64,000 bases of DNA. It comes from Candidatus Bathyarchaeia archaeon (GTDB taxonomy: Archaea; Thermoproteota; Bathyarchaeia; Bathyarchaeales; Bathycorpusculaceae). Position numbers and translations under genes: made by a program. This document shows positions 17,563-25,730 of this stretch, in pieces. The stretch spans positions 223,264-287,263 of the forward strand of contig JAVZRN010000002.1 in the NCBI GenBank assembly GCA_038880555.1, written 5' to 3'. The stretch's first letter is position 1. Every line of letters starts with the position of its first letter. Below the pieces are notes generated by a model. It did not search any database. It was given only the letters and a program-made list of their open reading frames with translations, and was not told the origin of the DNA.

Positions 17563-18048
17563 ATGGAGAAAAGTGTTGGAGCGTTAGTGCGATACCGTGT
17601 GATTAAGCGAAGGCTCAGCGAGCAAAAGCCCTACGCCATAGACGAAACAGAGCACAACTGCTTCCTCATCGAGGGCATGAATGAAATGTGGAATTTGATT
17701 TTGGGTTTGACGGCGACGCCTTTCAACAGTTCAAACGCGTATATAGGCGTTGGCGACGGCACAACCGCCGAAAGCGAAACTCAGACGGGATTGCAAGGCT
17801 CGAACAAGTATTATAAGGGCATGGCAAGCGGCTATCCACAAGGCCCTTCACAAGCAGGCGACAAGAAAGCTGTTTTCAGAGCTGTGTTTGGGGCTAACGA
17901 GGCGAACTTTGCATGGAATGAGGTTACTGTGGCTAATGGCAACAGCGACGCCGCTGTAAACATGCTACGCATAGTGGCTTCAAAAGGCACAAAGAGTAGC
18001 GGTGAAGAGTGGACGGCTGAAGTGGAAGTACAGTTCCAGAACCCGTAA
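17563..18048 (+). CDS. Hypothetical virion-module protein
   Basis: The ORF has clean coding character (IGVGDGTTAESETQTGLQG), but I cannot name a family. Confidence 0.5.
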   Translation: MEKSVGALVRYRVIKRRLSEQKPYAIDETEHNCFLIEGMNEMWNLILGLTATPFNSSNAYIGVGDGTTAESETQTGLQGSNKYYKGMASGYPQGPSQAGDKKAVFRAVFGANEANFAWNEVTVANGNSDAAVNMLRIVASKGTKSSGEEWTAEVEVQFQNP

Positions 18049-18065
18049 ACTAGAGGGGGCTAGTA

Positions 18066-18425
18066 ATGTCAGAGATTTCAAGGGATATGATTCTCGACAA
18101 GTTTAAGGCTGTTAAGAAAGATGTAGATGTTATCCTATTCAAACAGTTGGAAGGCGGCTGCTATGTAGGCATAACTGCCAAAGACTTTGCTGACATGTTG
18201 AATTGGATTTTGAGGGGCAAGGTTGTCGAGGAAACTGTGAAAGGCTATGCGGAAGACGGTGCGCCCATCATAGAGCGGAAAGAAAGAGACCCGACATTGG
18301 AAGAAATAAAGCGGCGATTTAAGGACAGCGGCTATGTTGAAATTCTTGAAGATATGCTTGCAAAAGGCGTGGTTAAGCTGAAGGATTTGCTTGAATTGTT
18401 TGGGGGTAAACTGCCATGGCGGTAG
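18066..18425 (+). CDS. Hypothetical protein
   Basis: The ATG follows AGAGGGGG. The protein is acidic/basic and mixed helical. Confidence 0.45.
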   Translation: MSEISRDMILDKFKAVKKDVDVILFKQLEGGCYVGITAKDFADMLNWILRGKVVEETVKGYAEDGAPIIERKERDPTLEEIKRRFKDSGYVEILEDMLAKGVVKLKDLLELFGGKLPWR

Positions 18426-18703
18426 GCGACGTTAAAAGCGACTTGCAAAGCATCGCGGCTGGAGCTTTCTTGGCTATTCAACCACCCAGCGGCGAAGAAT
18501 GGGTTATCCACAACATTTACCATGAACATGATGTTGAACTTCACTTTTATGATGGAACAAACAGCCTTGCCTTCGACACAGACGCTGGCGCCGGCGTTTA
18601 TGCTAAATATGCTTTTCATTGCACTAACAGCCGATACATTCGAGTGAAAAACACGAACACTTCAGCCCGCCTAATAGGCTTCTGTGGTGTGCAGACTAAA
18701 TGA
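18416..18703 (+). CDS. Hypothetical small beta-rich protein
   Basis: Overlaps both neighbouring genes by a few nt (translational coupling). Confidence 0.45.
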   Translation: MAVGDVKSDLQSIAAGAFLAIQPPSGEEWVIHNIYHEHDVELHFYDGTNSLAFDTDAGAGVYAKYAFHCTNSRYIRVKNTNTSARLIGFCGVQTK

Positions 18704-19458
18704 CAAGGCTAACGCCTCTGCTGACAAGCCTTAAAACGTTAAACATAACTTATCAAACTCCACAGGAGACGCTTTTAGGCACGCCTGAACCTCTGCCCAC
18801 AAGCGAACCCGCCACTCCGCAGATAGGCTACACGGTGCAAGATAGCGATTTGCCAGTTTTAAGCCTTAACTGCTATAAGAAAGTTTATGTTGCCATGGTG
18901 TTTGGAGCTGGAAAATTCACCACTGCTGGAACATTGTATTATCGTATGAAAAAGAACGGTGTAAGCGTCGCCACAAGCTCTAGTTCAGTTTCGGCAAACT
19001 ATTACTACACTGTTAATGCTTATTTCTACGATGTTAAGGTTAGCGACTTGCTTGAGCTTGCCTTATGGAGTAGCGTTTCAGACAGCAACTGGGATTACAA
19101 GGCGTTTCAAGTTCAAATTAGCAGACTAATCATCTTAAATAAGCCAAGACTAATGGCTCAATGCAATTTTGCTGTGGCACTCCATCCCGGTTTAACTTTA
19201 GGCAATCCAACTTGCACTAACCATTCTCTAAATCCATACCACGATGATAAACTTTTACCTGGTATTAACACAGCAACCTTATACACTTTTCTATATCCAA
19301 ACGATACTTATGGAATTTTTAGGATAAGCTATGGTGACTATAACTTCCCCAATACCGTAGCAATTCGTACATCTACTTCAAACCGCCCATTTTATTACCG
19401 CAACTATGTTCCAATACAAATAAAATTTCGAGGCGTCTACATTGACAGACATCAGTGA
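18700..19458 (+). CDS. Hypothetical protein (possible fibre/receptor-binding role by position)
   Basis: ATGA overlap with the upstream gene. It is S/T/N/Y-rich and has no recognisable motif. Confidence 0.5.
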   Translation: MTRLTPLLTSLKTLNITYQTPQETLLGTPEPLPTSEPATPQIGYTVQDSDLPVLSLNCYKKVYVAMVFGAGKFTTAGTLYYRMKKNGVSVATSSSSVSANYYYTVNAYFYDVKVSDLLELALWSSVSDSNWDYKAFQVQISRLIILNKPRLMAQCNFAVALHPGLTLGNPTCTNHSLNPYHDDKLLPGINTATLYTFLYPNDTYGIFRISYGDYNFPNTVAIRTSTSNRPFYYRNYVPIQIKFRGVYIDRHQ

Positions 19459-19984
19459 ATATGGCGACGTAATGCTTAACTCCTACATAGACGAGGGGGG
19501 AAGACGTCGAATAAACGGTTTATTGGAAGACGGCGTTAAAATATTAGCTGTATTTGGCGCGCCTATAATTAAAACATGGTCTAACTCGTTGGAGGCTATC
19601 GGCAATTTTAGGCGTTCCCACCGCGCCATAAAGTTAGCTCAAGCTTTGCAGACATTACACACATGGGCTGTTACCGTTCCAACGGCGATAATTAAACAGT
19701 GGTTTGCAGGCGTTGGGTTATCTCATGTTCTCAGCAGACCGGAAAGAAAAATTTCTTACAGACAAGCCTTAAAGCCCTCGCATGCCTTCAGAAGACCCCT
19801 AAGAGTTATGAAGGTTCCCATTTTCCTCAACATTATCCATACTTCAAGGCGACCTCAGCGTTTGATAAGGCTCCTTCAACAGTCTAGGCTCATCCACATG
19901 TATTATGTGTCAAAGCCGGGTGTTAAGAAAACAAGGCTTTTCCTAGTGGTAGGCGAGTTGGCTTTTCAGCTGTCAGGAGACTAA
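19442..19984 (+). CDS. Very basic hypothetical ORF with 19-aa periodic H-x-x-(S/R)-R-P-x-R repeats
   Basis: TTG start. The repeats are SHVLSRPERKI / SHAFRRPLRVM / IHTSRRPQRLI. Coding status is uncertain. Confidence 0.3.
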   Translation: MTDISEYGDVMLNSYIDEGGRRRINGLLEDGVKILAVFGAPIIKTWSNSLEAIGNFRRSHRAIKLAQALQTLHTWAVTVPTAIIKQWFAGVGLSHVLSRPERKISYRQALKPSHAFRRPLRVMKVPIFLNIIHTSRRPQRLIRLLQQSRLIHMYYVSKPGVKKTRLFLVVGELAFQLSGD

Positions 19985-20982
19985 AGCTTCATTTTGCACT
20001 GATACCTAACGTCTTCATCTATTATGTAAAAAGTATGCTCTTGGTTTTCAGCCAAATGCATTACTGGCTTTGCAAGAATTTCAGCAATCTTCGCCAGCTC
20101 TTTCAAATCCTTAACTGTTATGGTTGTCTGAGGCAAGGCTTTCGGGGCTTCCAAAGTTTCAATAACCAAATCCTTGTAAGGCGCTATAATCTTCTCTAAA
20201 GTTTTCCCTTTCGGTTTTGTCTTAACATGGAAGAGGGTTGAGAAGGCAAGCCCAGCCAAAGCCGCTGTCACCAAGACATAGGAGGCGTAACGTTGGCTGA
20301 TAACCTCTTGACGGGTTAATTTTTCAGTCTCTGTTAATGAGCCGGCCTTCGACTGGTGCAGTGGCTCGATTACTGTTATTTCACCCTTTTCTGTTCTCTG
20401 GAAAGAAACCGTTAGGGTTGGCGTGAACACTTGATATATCTTGCCGGCGGTGGTGTTGGCTCTGACAGTGAAGGCTGGCTTAATCTCTAAAGTGTATGTT
20501 GTAGTGCTCGCCCCTGTTTCAGCATCCATCCTAGCCTTTAACTGGTCCAACTTCGTCTTGTTTACTGTTGGAAGGGGGATTTGGATTTGTGTCTGGCTTG
20601 TGGTGCTCGGCTCAGTTCTGTCTATTTCATAGGCCCATGCTGACGCTTTGAGGGTCCGCGTTACAGTGTAGGTTATTTGGATATCTGCCAGCGGCCGGTC
20701 TGCTTTTAGCTCGTATATTAGGGTTAGGTTTATGTGGCGAATCATTTTTGTGTAAAGGGTTTCGTATTCTCTGCCTATCACACTTTTATTATCGTAAACA
20801 AGGTTTGGCACTTGAACCAAAGCCAAATAATCATAATCCGCCACGCTTTCGTAACTGCAGAGGGTTTCCGTTTTAACCTCCTCCACCGGAGTTTGATGCA
20901 CCACATAGAATGTTATAAGCGCAATTACTGTTAGAACTATGAATATTGCGAGGAGGGCCACTGTCTTTTGAATTTTCCTCAA
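19981..20982 (-). CDS. Bitopic membrane protein (TM near the N-terminus and near residue 240), antisense to the virion genes
   Basis: TM segments ALLAIFIVLTVIALITFYVV and YVLVTAALAGLAFSTLF flank a large external domain. It is the only minus-strand gene inside the morphogenesis block. Confidence 0.6.
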   Translation of the reverse strand: MRKIQKTVALLAIFIVLTVIALITFYVVHQTPVEEVKTETLCSYESVADYDYLALVQVPNLVYDNKSVIGREYETLYTKMIRHINLTLIYELKADRPLADIQITYTVTRTLKASAWAYEIDRTEPSTTSQTQIQIPLPTVNKTKLDQLKARMDAETGASTTTYTLEIKPAFTVRANTTAGKIYQVFTPTLTVSFQRTEKGEITVIEPLHQSKAGSLTETEKLTRQEVISQRYASYVLVTAALAGLAFSTLFHVKTKPKGKTLEKIIAPYKDLVIETLEAPKALPQTTITVKDLKELAKIAEILAKPVMHLAENQEHTFYIIDEDVRYQCKMKL

Positions 20983-21158
20983 GCTTTTACGCCGTCCTAA
21001 TGCCTATATTCTTAAACATGTCTCTTCAAAAATGTTTTGTTTCCATATTTGATAGGTGTTTCATAATTCGCTCCTTTTATCCGCCTGTTTAAAGGCTTAA
21101 TATAATCGTCCTTTTTGTTAAATGCTTTAATTTTAATGATTTTATTTAAATTAGGCTA

Positions 21159-21172
21159 AAATTTTGCCTTTT
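21159..21172. promoter_or_regulatory. 14-bp direct repeat aaattttgcctttt, copy 1
   Basis: Exact repeat in the AT-rich 250-bp gap upstream of the tail/connector genes. Copy 2 is at 21190..21203. Confidence 0.4.
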
Positions 21173-21189
21173 AAACGTGAAAATTGTTT

Positions 21190-21203
21190 AAATTTTGCCT
21201 TTT
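21190..21203. promoter_or_regulatory. 14-bp direct repeat aaattttgcctttt, copy 2
   Basis: Exact copy, 31 bp downstream of copy 1 and about 30 nt before the proposed TTG start at 21232. Confidence 0.4.
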
Positions 21204-21231
21204 TCCACCTTTAGGGTTGGAGGAACACTGC

Positions 21232-21585
21232 TTGGCAAACGTTTCCGTTGAGGATGTTCGGGATGTCTTAAACATAGGGGCTGCTGACATTCCAGACGAG
21301 AAAATTGTTAAGATGATTAAGAGGGCTGAAGTGGCTTTAGAGCTTGAGCTTGGAAAAGACATAGATTACGCGGACTGCACAGACGCTGAAAAAGAGGCTA
21401 TAACGCTTCTCGCAGCCATATATGCCATCTGCTATTTGACGGGCGGCTCGGCTGTTGGCTTAAACTTCACTCTAGGCGACGAAGGCATAAGCGTACTAAA
21501 CAATGCTCCGCCACTGAACGTTCTGCAAGGCGAGTTAGAGCGAATTTTAGCCGTTTTAAAGCAGCCCCATTTTGGGAGGGTTTAA
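21232..21585 (+). CDS. Head-tail connector (gp6-like) protein candidate
   Basis: The in-frame TTG lies 7 nt after GGAGGA. The sequence VSVEDVRDVLNIGAADIPDEKIVKMIKRAE...AEKEAITLLAAIYAICYL resembles phage DNA-packaging/connector proteins. Confidence 0.5.
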   Translation: MANVSVEDVRDVLNIGAADIPDEKIVKMIKRAEVALELELGKDIDYADCTDAEKEAITLLAAIYAICYLTGGSAVGLNFTLGDEGISVLNNAPPLNVLQGELERILAVLKQPHFGRV

Positions 21586-21590
21586 GCCTT

Positions 21591-22979
21591 TTGGGAAAAG
21601 TTCCAGAAGCCTATTACGCCTTTGTCATGGATTATGCACCCTACGTTTATGTTTTTCCGCCGGGCAATCCAGACCAGGAATGGGGGCGGGCAGCCTTTGC
21701 AGCAGCCTTCGCCATAGACTTCCTTTATGAGGCTTATTTCGCCAAACAGTTTAGCAACCGAAAAACAGTCATATACGAAAAGGTTGTTTCGCTGGCGGAT
21801 TGGATTTTAACCCAGCAGTGCACAGATCAGCAGAAAAAGGCTTATGGCGGATTTCAAAGTACAGAAAACAGCACTTATTATTATGCCATAGATGCTTGCC
21901 GTGTTATCCCATCGCTTCTTAAAGCCTATGAGTTGACTGGCAACGGCGACTACCTAAATGCTGCACGGTTGGCTGGAAACACTTTCCTTAGGGTTATGCA
22001 GGAAAAACAGCCTTATGGTGGTTTTGCAAGAGCCGTTGATATAAGCGATAATTGGCTTTTGCAGTTGGATGTTGAATGCCTTTATGGGCTTATTGGCTTA
22101 AAAATGTTGGCTGAAAAGTATGATGTGGCAAACGCTGGTCTATACCAAAACATGATGCACAAGGCTGCTGATTTCCTCCGCGAGGGCTTTGAAGGCTTAT
22201 GGCTTCACTATGACCCCTCTGATGGCAAGTGGCATCGTGTGGGCTTGGCGGAAAACGAGGTTTACGATGACTGTTTAGCCTATGGGCTTTTGGGCTTATA
22301 CGCCTATGAAGGCTGGAGCCCCTCATGCCAAAAAGTTTACAACTTTATTAACTCGATAGGGGCTTCTACGCAGTATCCAGCCTATAACTCGGCTATTTGT
22401 TGGGCTGGCTACATAGACGTTGTTTCGCGTTTTCCAGCATGCGACTACTATGATGGTGTTACCGCTGGTGTCTTGTGGAGCATCCGCAAGCACCATGACA
22501 AACCAAGCCTCGCCTACAGCGCTAAAATCATAGAAGGGCATGCTGAAAATTTCATGTTTTGGGGCGTTAAGCATGCGGATTACAGTCCAGTTGAAGAAAA
22601 GTGGGCTATGGCTACGGTTTGCTGGCTGGCGAGGCTGTTCCTTAACTATGAAGAGCCCTTAACACGTTTTACTCAGGTGCTTAGGGCTTATGGCAGATGG
22701 GTTACACTTTATCCGCTTGTGGCTGTTGGCGAATCGACAATCTACGGCGAGGGTATAGAAATCCAAGCCCTTATCAGTCCAGCTCGGGTTGACGAGGTTC
22801 TATTGGAGCCCGGCTACGTTATAAGCGACTATGTTACGGTTTGCACTTTTGCACCTATCCGTGTTCGGGATAAAATCCGAGTTGGGAGCGTTGACTACGA
22901 GGTTTTAAGTGTTCAAGCCTTCGATTGGCGGGGCGAAACCGCCTATTTTAGGGGCAGTTGTAGGAGGCTGAATGCATGA
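21591..22979 (+). CDS. Alpha/alpha-toroid-like repeat domain fused to a head-closure-like C-terminal domain
   Basis: There are repeated helix-hairpin units with QxxxxYGGF motifs (QQKKAYGGFQ, QEKQPYGGFA). The C-terminal roughly 90 aa (IRVRDKIRVGSVDYEVLSVQAFDWRGE) resemble head-tail joining proteins. Confidence 0.6.
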   Translation: MGKVPEAYYAFVMDYAPYVYVFPPGNPDQEWGRAAFAAAFAIDFLYEAYFAKQFSNRKTVIYEKVVSLADWILTQQCTDQQKKAYGGFQSTENSTYYYAIDACRVIPSLLKAYELTGNGDYLNAARLAGNTFLRVMQEKQPYGGFARAVDISDNWLLQLDVECLYGLIGLKMLAEKYDVANAGLYQNMMHKAADFLREGFEGLWLHYDPSDGKWHRVGLAENEVYDDCLAYGLLGLYAYEGWSPSCQKVYNFINSIGASTQYPAYNSAICWAGYIDVVSRFPACDYYDGVTAGVLWSIRKHHDKPSLAYSAKIIEGHAENFMFWGVKHADYSPVEEKWAMATVCWLARLFLNYEEPLTRFTQVLRAYGRWVTLYPLVAVGESTIYGEGIEIQALISPARVDEVLLEPGYVISDYVTVCTFAPIRVRDKIRVGSVDYEVLSVQAFDWRGETAYFRGSCRRLNA

Positions 22980-23416
22980 GTGATGCACAAAACCCCGTGG
23001 ACATTATCATTCAGTTGCTAGGCGAGAATATGCATGTGGCTAAAGAGGATGGAAGCCTAGCCAAAATCCAATTTAGCCGCGAATGGCTAAGCCAAGAGGC
23101 TTTACAAAGTGTTGATGGGCATGTGACCGTTGGCTTGGCAGAATGCCACGACACAAAACTTGAGTTAAGCGGCAAGCTCCGAAGACGCTTATACACGGTA
23201 CGCGTTAATGTTTGGAGCCGTGACAGGCTTATCCGCCAAAAAATGGTTGAAGAAGTCATGCGGGTTATCCGCGAAAACCGCAGCAATCCAGGAGGCTTTC
23301 TAGCCTATCTGGATGTGGTTAGTTACCGCGATTTGGACCGTGTGGATGTTAAGCCCTTCATCTACCGCACCGAGTTTGTCTTGAAGTCATGGGTATTCGA
23401 GGATATAGGAGTGTGA
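22976..23416 (+). CDS. Neck/tail-completion protein candidate
   Basis: ATGA overlap with the upstream gene, in the position between the connector and the tail tube. Confidence 0.45.
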   Translation: MSDAQNPVDIIIQLLGENMHVAKEDGSLAKIQFSREWLSQEALQSVDGHVTVGLAECHDTKLELSGKLRRRLYTVRVNVWSRDRLIRQKMVEEVMRVIRENRSNPGGFLAYLDVVSYRDLDRVDVKPFIYRTEFVLKSWVFEDIGV

Positions 23417-23423
23417 ATGCGGA

Positions 23424-24293
23424 ATGCCTGAAACCTATGGGGCGCATGAGTGCCGCGTCTACTATGTGCAGGAATCCACTTATGGGCAGACGCCAGCCAA
23501 CCCCTCAATGGTTGCCATTAACGCCGAAAACGTTGAGCCTTCGTTAAATCCAAGCCTCATTCAAGTGCGGGGTGTTGGCAGCAGAGATTTGGCGGCTCTG
23601 AAACGGGGAATGCTGAAACCAACTTTGAAGGTTAGCCACATACTGCCCAGCGACGCGCCTATAGGCTTTATTCAGCATGTGCAAACCCTAAACAGCCTAA
23701 GCATACAAGTGCTTTACTATAAGGGGTTGTTTGCCTCAGCCACAGACATCATAAGCCTATTATACAAGGGCATGCGGATAGACAAGCTTTCTGTGGAATG
23801 CGGCGTAGACGAGGTTGTTAAGGCAACTGTTGAGCTGATTGGACAAGACGTTACGGTTGGGACGGGCAAAATCACAGGCGCCACTTATGCGGACTATGCC
23901 GGAGCGGTTCCCTATCATCAAAGCTTTGTTCAACGTGGGACGGCAGACGGTTCAAACTTGTCGGCTGTTGAGCGGGTTACAGACTGGAAATTCGCTATTG
24001 AAAACAACCTTAAACCAGCGCCTGTCATCCGCACAACAAGCGGGCACCTGCTCAAATATCTACCAGCCCGCCACAGAGAATTAAGCGGCGAGTTAACCTT
24101 CGAGTTTGAAGACAAAGGCGAGTTTGAAGACGTTGTAAATGACAGCGAATTCAGCCTAAAATTCGGACTTGGCGGCTTAAACTATGCCCTTTTCAAATAC
24201 TGCAAATGGGAAAATGTTGCAACGCCAACACGCATAGAAGACTTAGTCAGCCTCAAAGCCCGCTTCATAGCAAGAGACGTGGTGATAACCTAA
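23424..24293 (+). CDS. Major tail (tube) protein candidate
   Basis: 289 aa, immediately upstream of the frameshifting chaperone gene pair, which is the canonical position. Confidence 0.6.
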   Translation: MPETYGAHECRVYYVQESTYGQTPANPSMVAINAENVEPSLNPSLIQVRGVGSRDLAALKRGMLKPTLKVSHILPSDAPIGFIQHVQTLNSLSIQVLYYKGLFASATDIISLLYKGMRIDKLSVECGVDEVVKATVELIGQDVTVGTGKITGATYADYAGAVPYHQSFVQRGTADGSNLSAVERVTDWKFAIENNLKPAPVIRTTSGHLLKYLPARHRELSGELTFEFEDKGEFEDVVNDSEFSLKFGLGGLNYALFKYCKWENVATPTRIEDLVSLKARFIARDVVIT

Positions 24294-24763
24294 TGCGAAC
24301 AGAAACAGTCACGATAGGCGAAGAATATGGCAAAGAGTATGCTGGCAAATACGTTTTTCAGGAGCTTACATGGGCGAAGCGCAGCCGAATAATCCAAAAA
24401 CACACAAAATATCATCCACTAACAGGGCATGTGGTTAGCAGCGACTACATAGCCATCCAAGCCGAAACAATAATGGCAAGTCTAAAAGAACAGCCGCAGC
24501 ACAAGCCCATAACCCTTGAAAAACTTTTAAGCGAAGACCCGGAGAGGGGCGTACCAATAGCCCTTGGCGAATTGTTCAGCCAAATCGTTAACCGCCTAAA
24601 CAATGTTGGCTTTGAAGAAGCTGCTTTTTTATCAGAGCCATCAGAAGCCAAAAGCCAAACCATGTGCTTACAGAGTTCCGCCTCTGCAAAGAGTTCGGCT
24701 GGACACCGCGGCAGCTCGCCCGACAACCAGCCAAAACCATCCAACAGTTCATCGTCATCCTAA
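24293..24763 (+). CDS. Tail assembly chaperone, 0-frame product (gpG-like)
   Basis: The start overlaps the tube gene stop (TAATG). After codon 113 the 0-frame becomes low-complexity S/P-rich sequence. Confidence 0.55.
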   Translation: MRTETVTIGEEYGKEYAGKYVFQELTWAKRSRIIQKHTKYHPLTGHVVSSDYIAIQAETIMASLKEQPQHKPITLEKLLSEDPERGVPIALGELFSQIVNRLNNVGFEEAAFLSEPSEAKSQTMCLQSSASAKSSAGHRGSSPDNQPKPSNSSSSS

Positions 24764-24834
24764 ACGAGCTGGACCGCCAAGCGGAAGAGGAAAAAGTCAA
24801 GATGGAGCGGGAAACCCATTGGCGGTTGAAGTAA
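24293..24834 (+). CDS. Tail assembly chaperone, -1 frameshift fusion product (gpGT-like; shift at 24625..24631)
   Basis: After T_TTT_TTA the -1 frame reads IRAIRSQKPNHVLTEFRLCKEFGWTPRQLARQPAKTIQQFIVILNELDRQAEEEKVKMERETHWRLK*. This is protein-like, unlike the 0-frame. Confidence 0.5.
24625..24631 (+). other. Slippery heptanucleotide T_TTT_TTA (candidate programmed -1 ribosomal frameshift site)
   Basis: It has the X_XXY_YYZ pattern in the 0-frame of the chaperone gene (gcT TTT TTA). Confidence 0.55.
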
Positions 24835-25184
24835 ACATCGAAGTGGATGCCGAAGAGGTCTTGCAAGCACTTCAAAGGTTGGATGAGGCTATGCTTAGGC
24901 AGGTTCGCGAACAGCTTGAGCGTTGGGCTACGGAGGTCCGCGAATACGCAAGAGCCCTAGCCCCAGCTAGGACGGGCTATTTGAGAGGCACAATTTACGC
25001 TAAAGTTCAGGGTTGGGTTGCCGAAATCGGCGCGGAAGCCTCCTACGCTATGTTCGTAGAGTTTGGCACCCACTACATGCAAGCTCGCCCCTACCTTAAC
25101 CCCGCCCTTCAAGAGTTTCTGCCAACCCTTGAACAAGTTATTCTTGAAGCCATTGACAAAGCCAAAGCGGAGGCTGAGCTATGA
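24819..25184 (+). CDS. HK97 gp10-like tail/neck component
   Basis: ARTGYLRGTIYAKV...ASYAMFVEFGTHYMQARPYLNPAL matches the hallmark of the HK97-gp10 family. I start it at the in-frame TTG 24819; the ORF-track N-terminus (24603) is out-of-frame read-through of the chaperone region. Confidence 0.65.
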   Translation: MAVEVNIEVDAEEVLQALQRLDEAMLRQVREQLERWATEVREYARALAPARTGYLRGTIYAKVQGWVAEIGAEASYAMFVEFGTHYMQARPYLNPALQEFLPTLEQVILEAIDKAKAEAEL

Positions 25185-25729
25185 GTTTCCGTGAAATAGC
25201 CATAACAGTTCGTGCCATAAACCGTGCAAGCCACGAGTTCGCCAGAATCCAGGCGGACACTGAAGCTTTAAGCGTGCGGATTAAAAGCCTCGGCGCCGCC
25301 ATGGCTGGTTTAGGCGCTGCCGGTTCAGCAGTTGTGCATTTAGCCCACCAATTCGGTTTGCTAAACAGTGAACAGACAAGAGCCCTGGCAAGCCTCACAT
25401 ACCTTGTCACCACAATTGGCATGTTTATGCGCTCTTCATGGGGCGTTGCCGTAGCCCAGAAAGTTTACGCTGCAGCCTGCTGGATAGCCAACGCCGCACA
25501 AAACGCCCTAAACATAAGCTTCGCCACATTCCTGGCTTTAACAGGAGTTGGAATAGCCGCCATTATTGGGGCTGCCGCGGCTGTTTCCTATTTCGCCAGT
25601 CAAATGCGCTCTGCAGCAGAATCCGTCAAAGAATACAACGAGGTTGCAGGTGGACTTTACTCCGGTTTTGCTGGGAGAAGCATCCGCCGTGCCGGCGAGG
25701 AGGAGCTTTACAGGCGAGGCGTAGAATAG
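25181..25729 (+). CDS. Short tape-measure-like protein (182 aa, hydrophobic core)
   Basis: ATGA overlap with the upstream gene. It has a coiled N-terminus followed by A/G-rich hydrophobic helices, and it sits after the chaperone and before the hub. Confidence 0.5.
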   Translation: MSFREIAITVRAINRASHEFARIQADTEALSVRIKSLGAAMAGLGAAGSAVVHLAHQFGLLNSEQTRALASLTYLVTTIGMFMRSSWGVAVAQKVYAAACWIANAAQNALNISFATFLALTGVGIAAIIGAAAAVSYFASQMRSAAESVKEYNEVAGGLYSGFAGRSIRRAGEEELYRRGVE

Positions 25730-25730
25730 C

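Noticed and set aside
24603-25184. The ORF-track 193-aa ORF taken as one gene
   Set aside because: Its first ~70 residues (P/R/A/T-rich) are the third frame across the chaperone frameshift region. Only the part from about 24819 onward shows HK97-gp10-like sequence.
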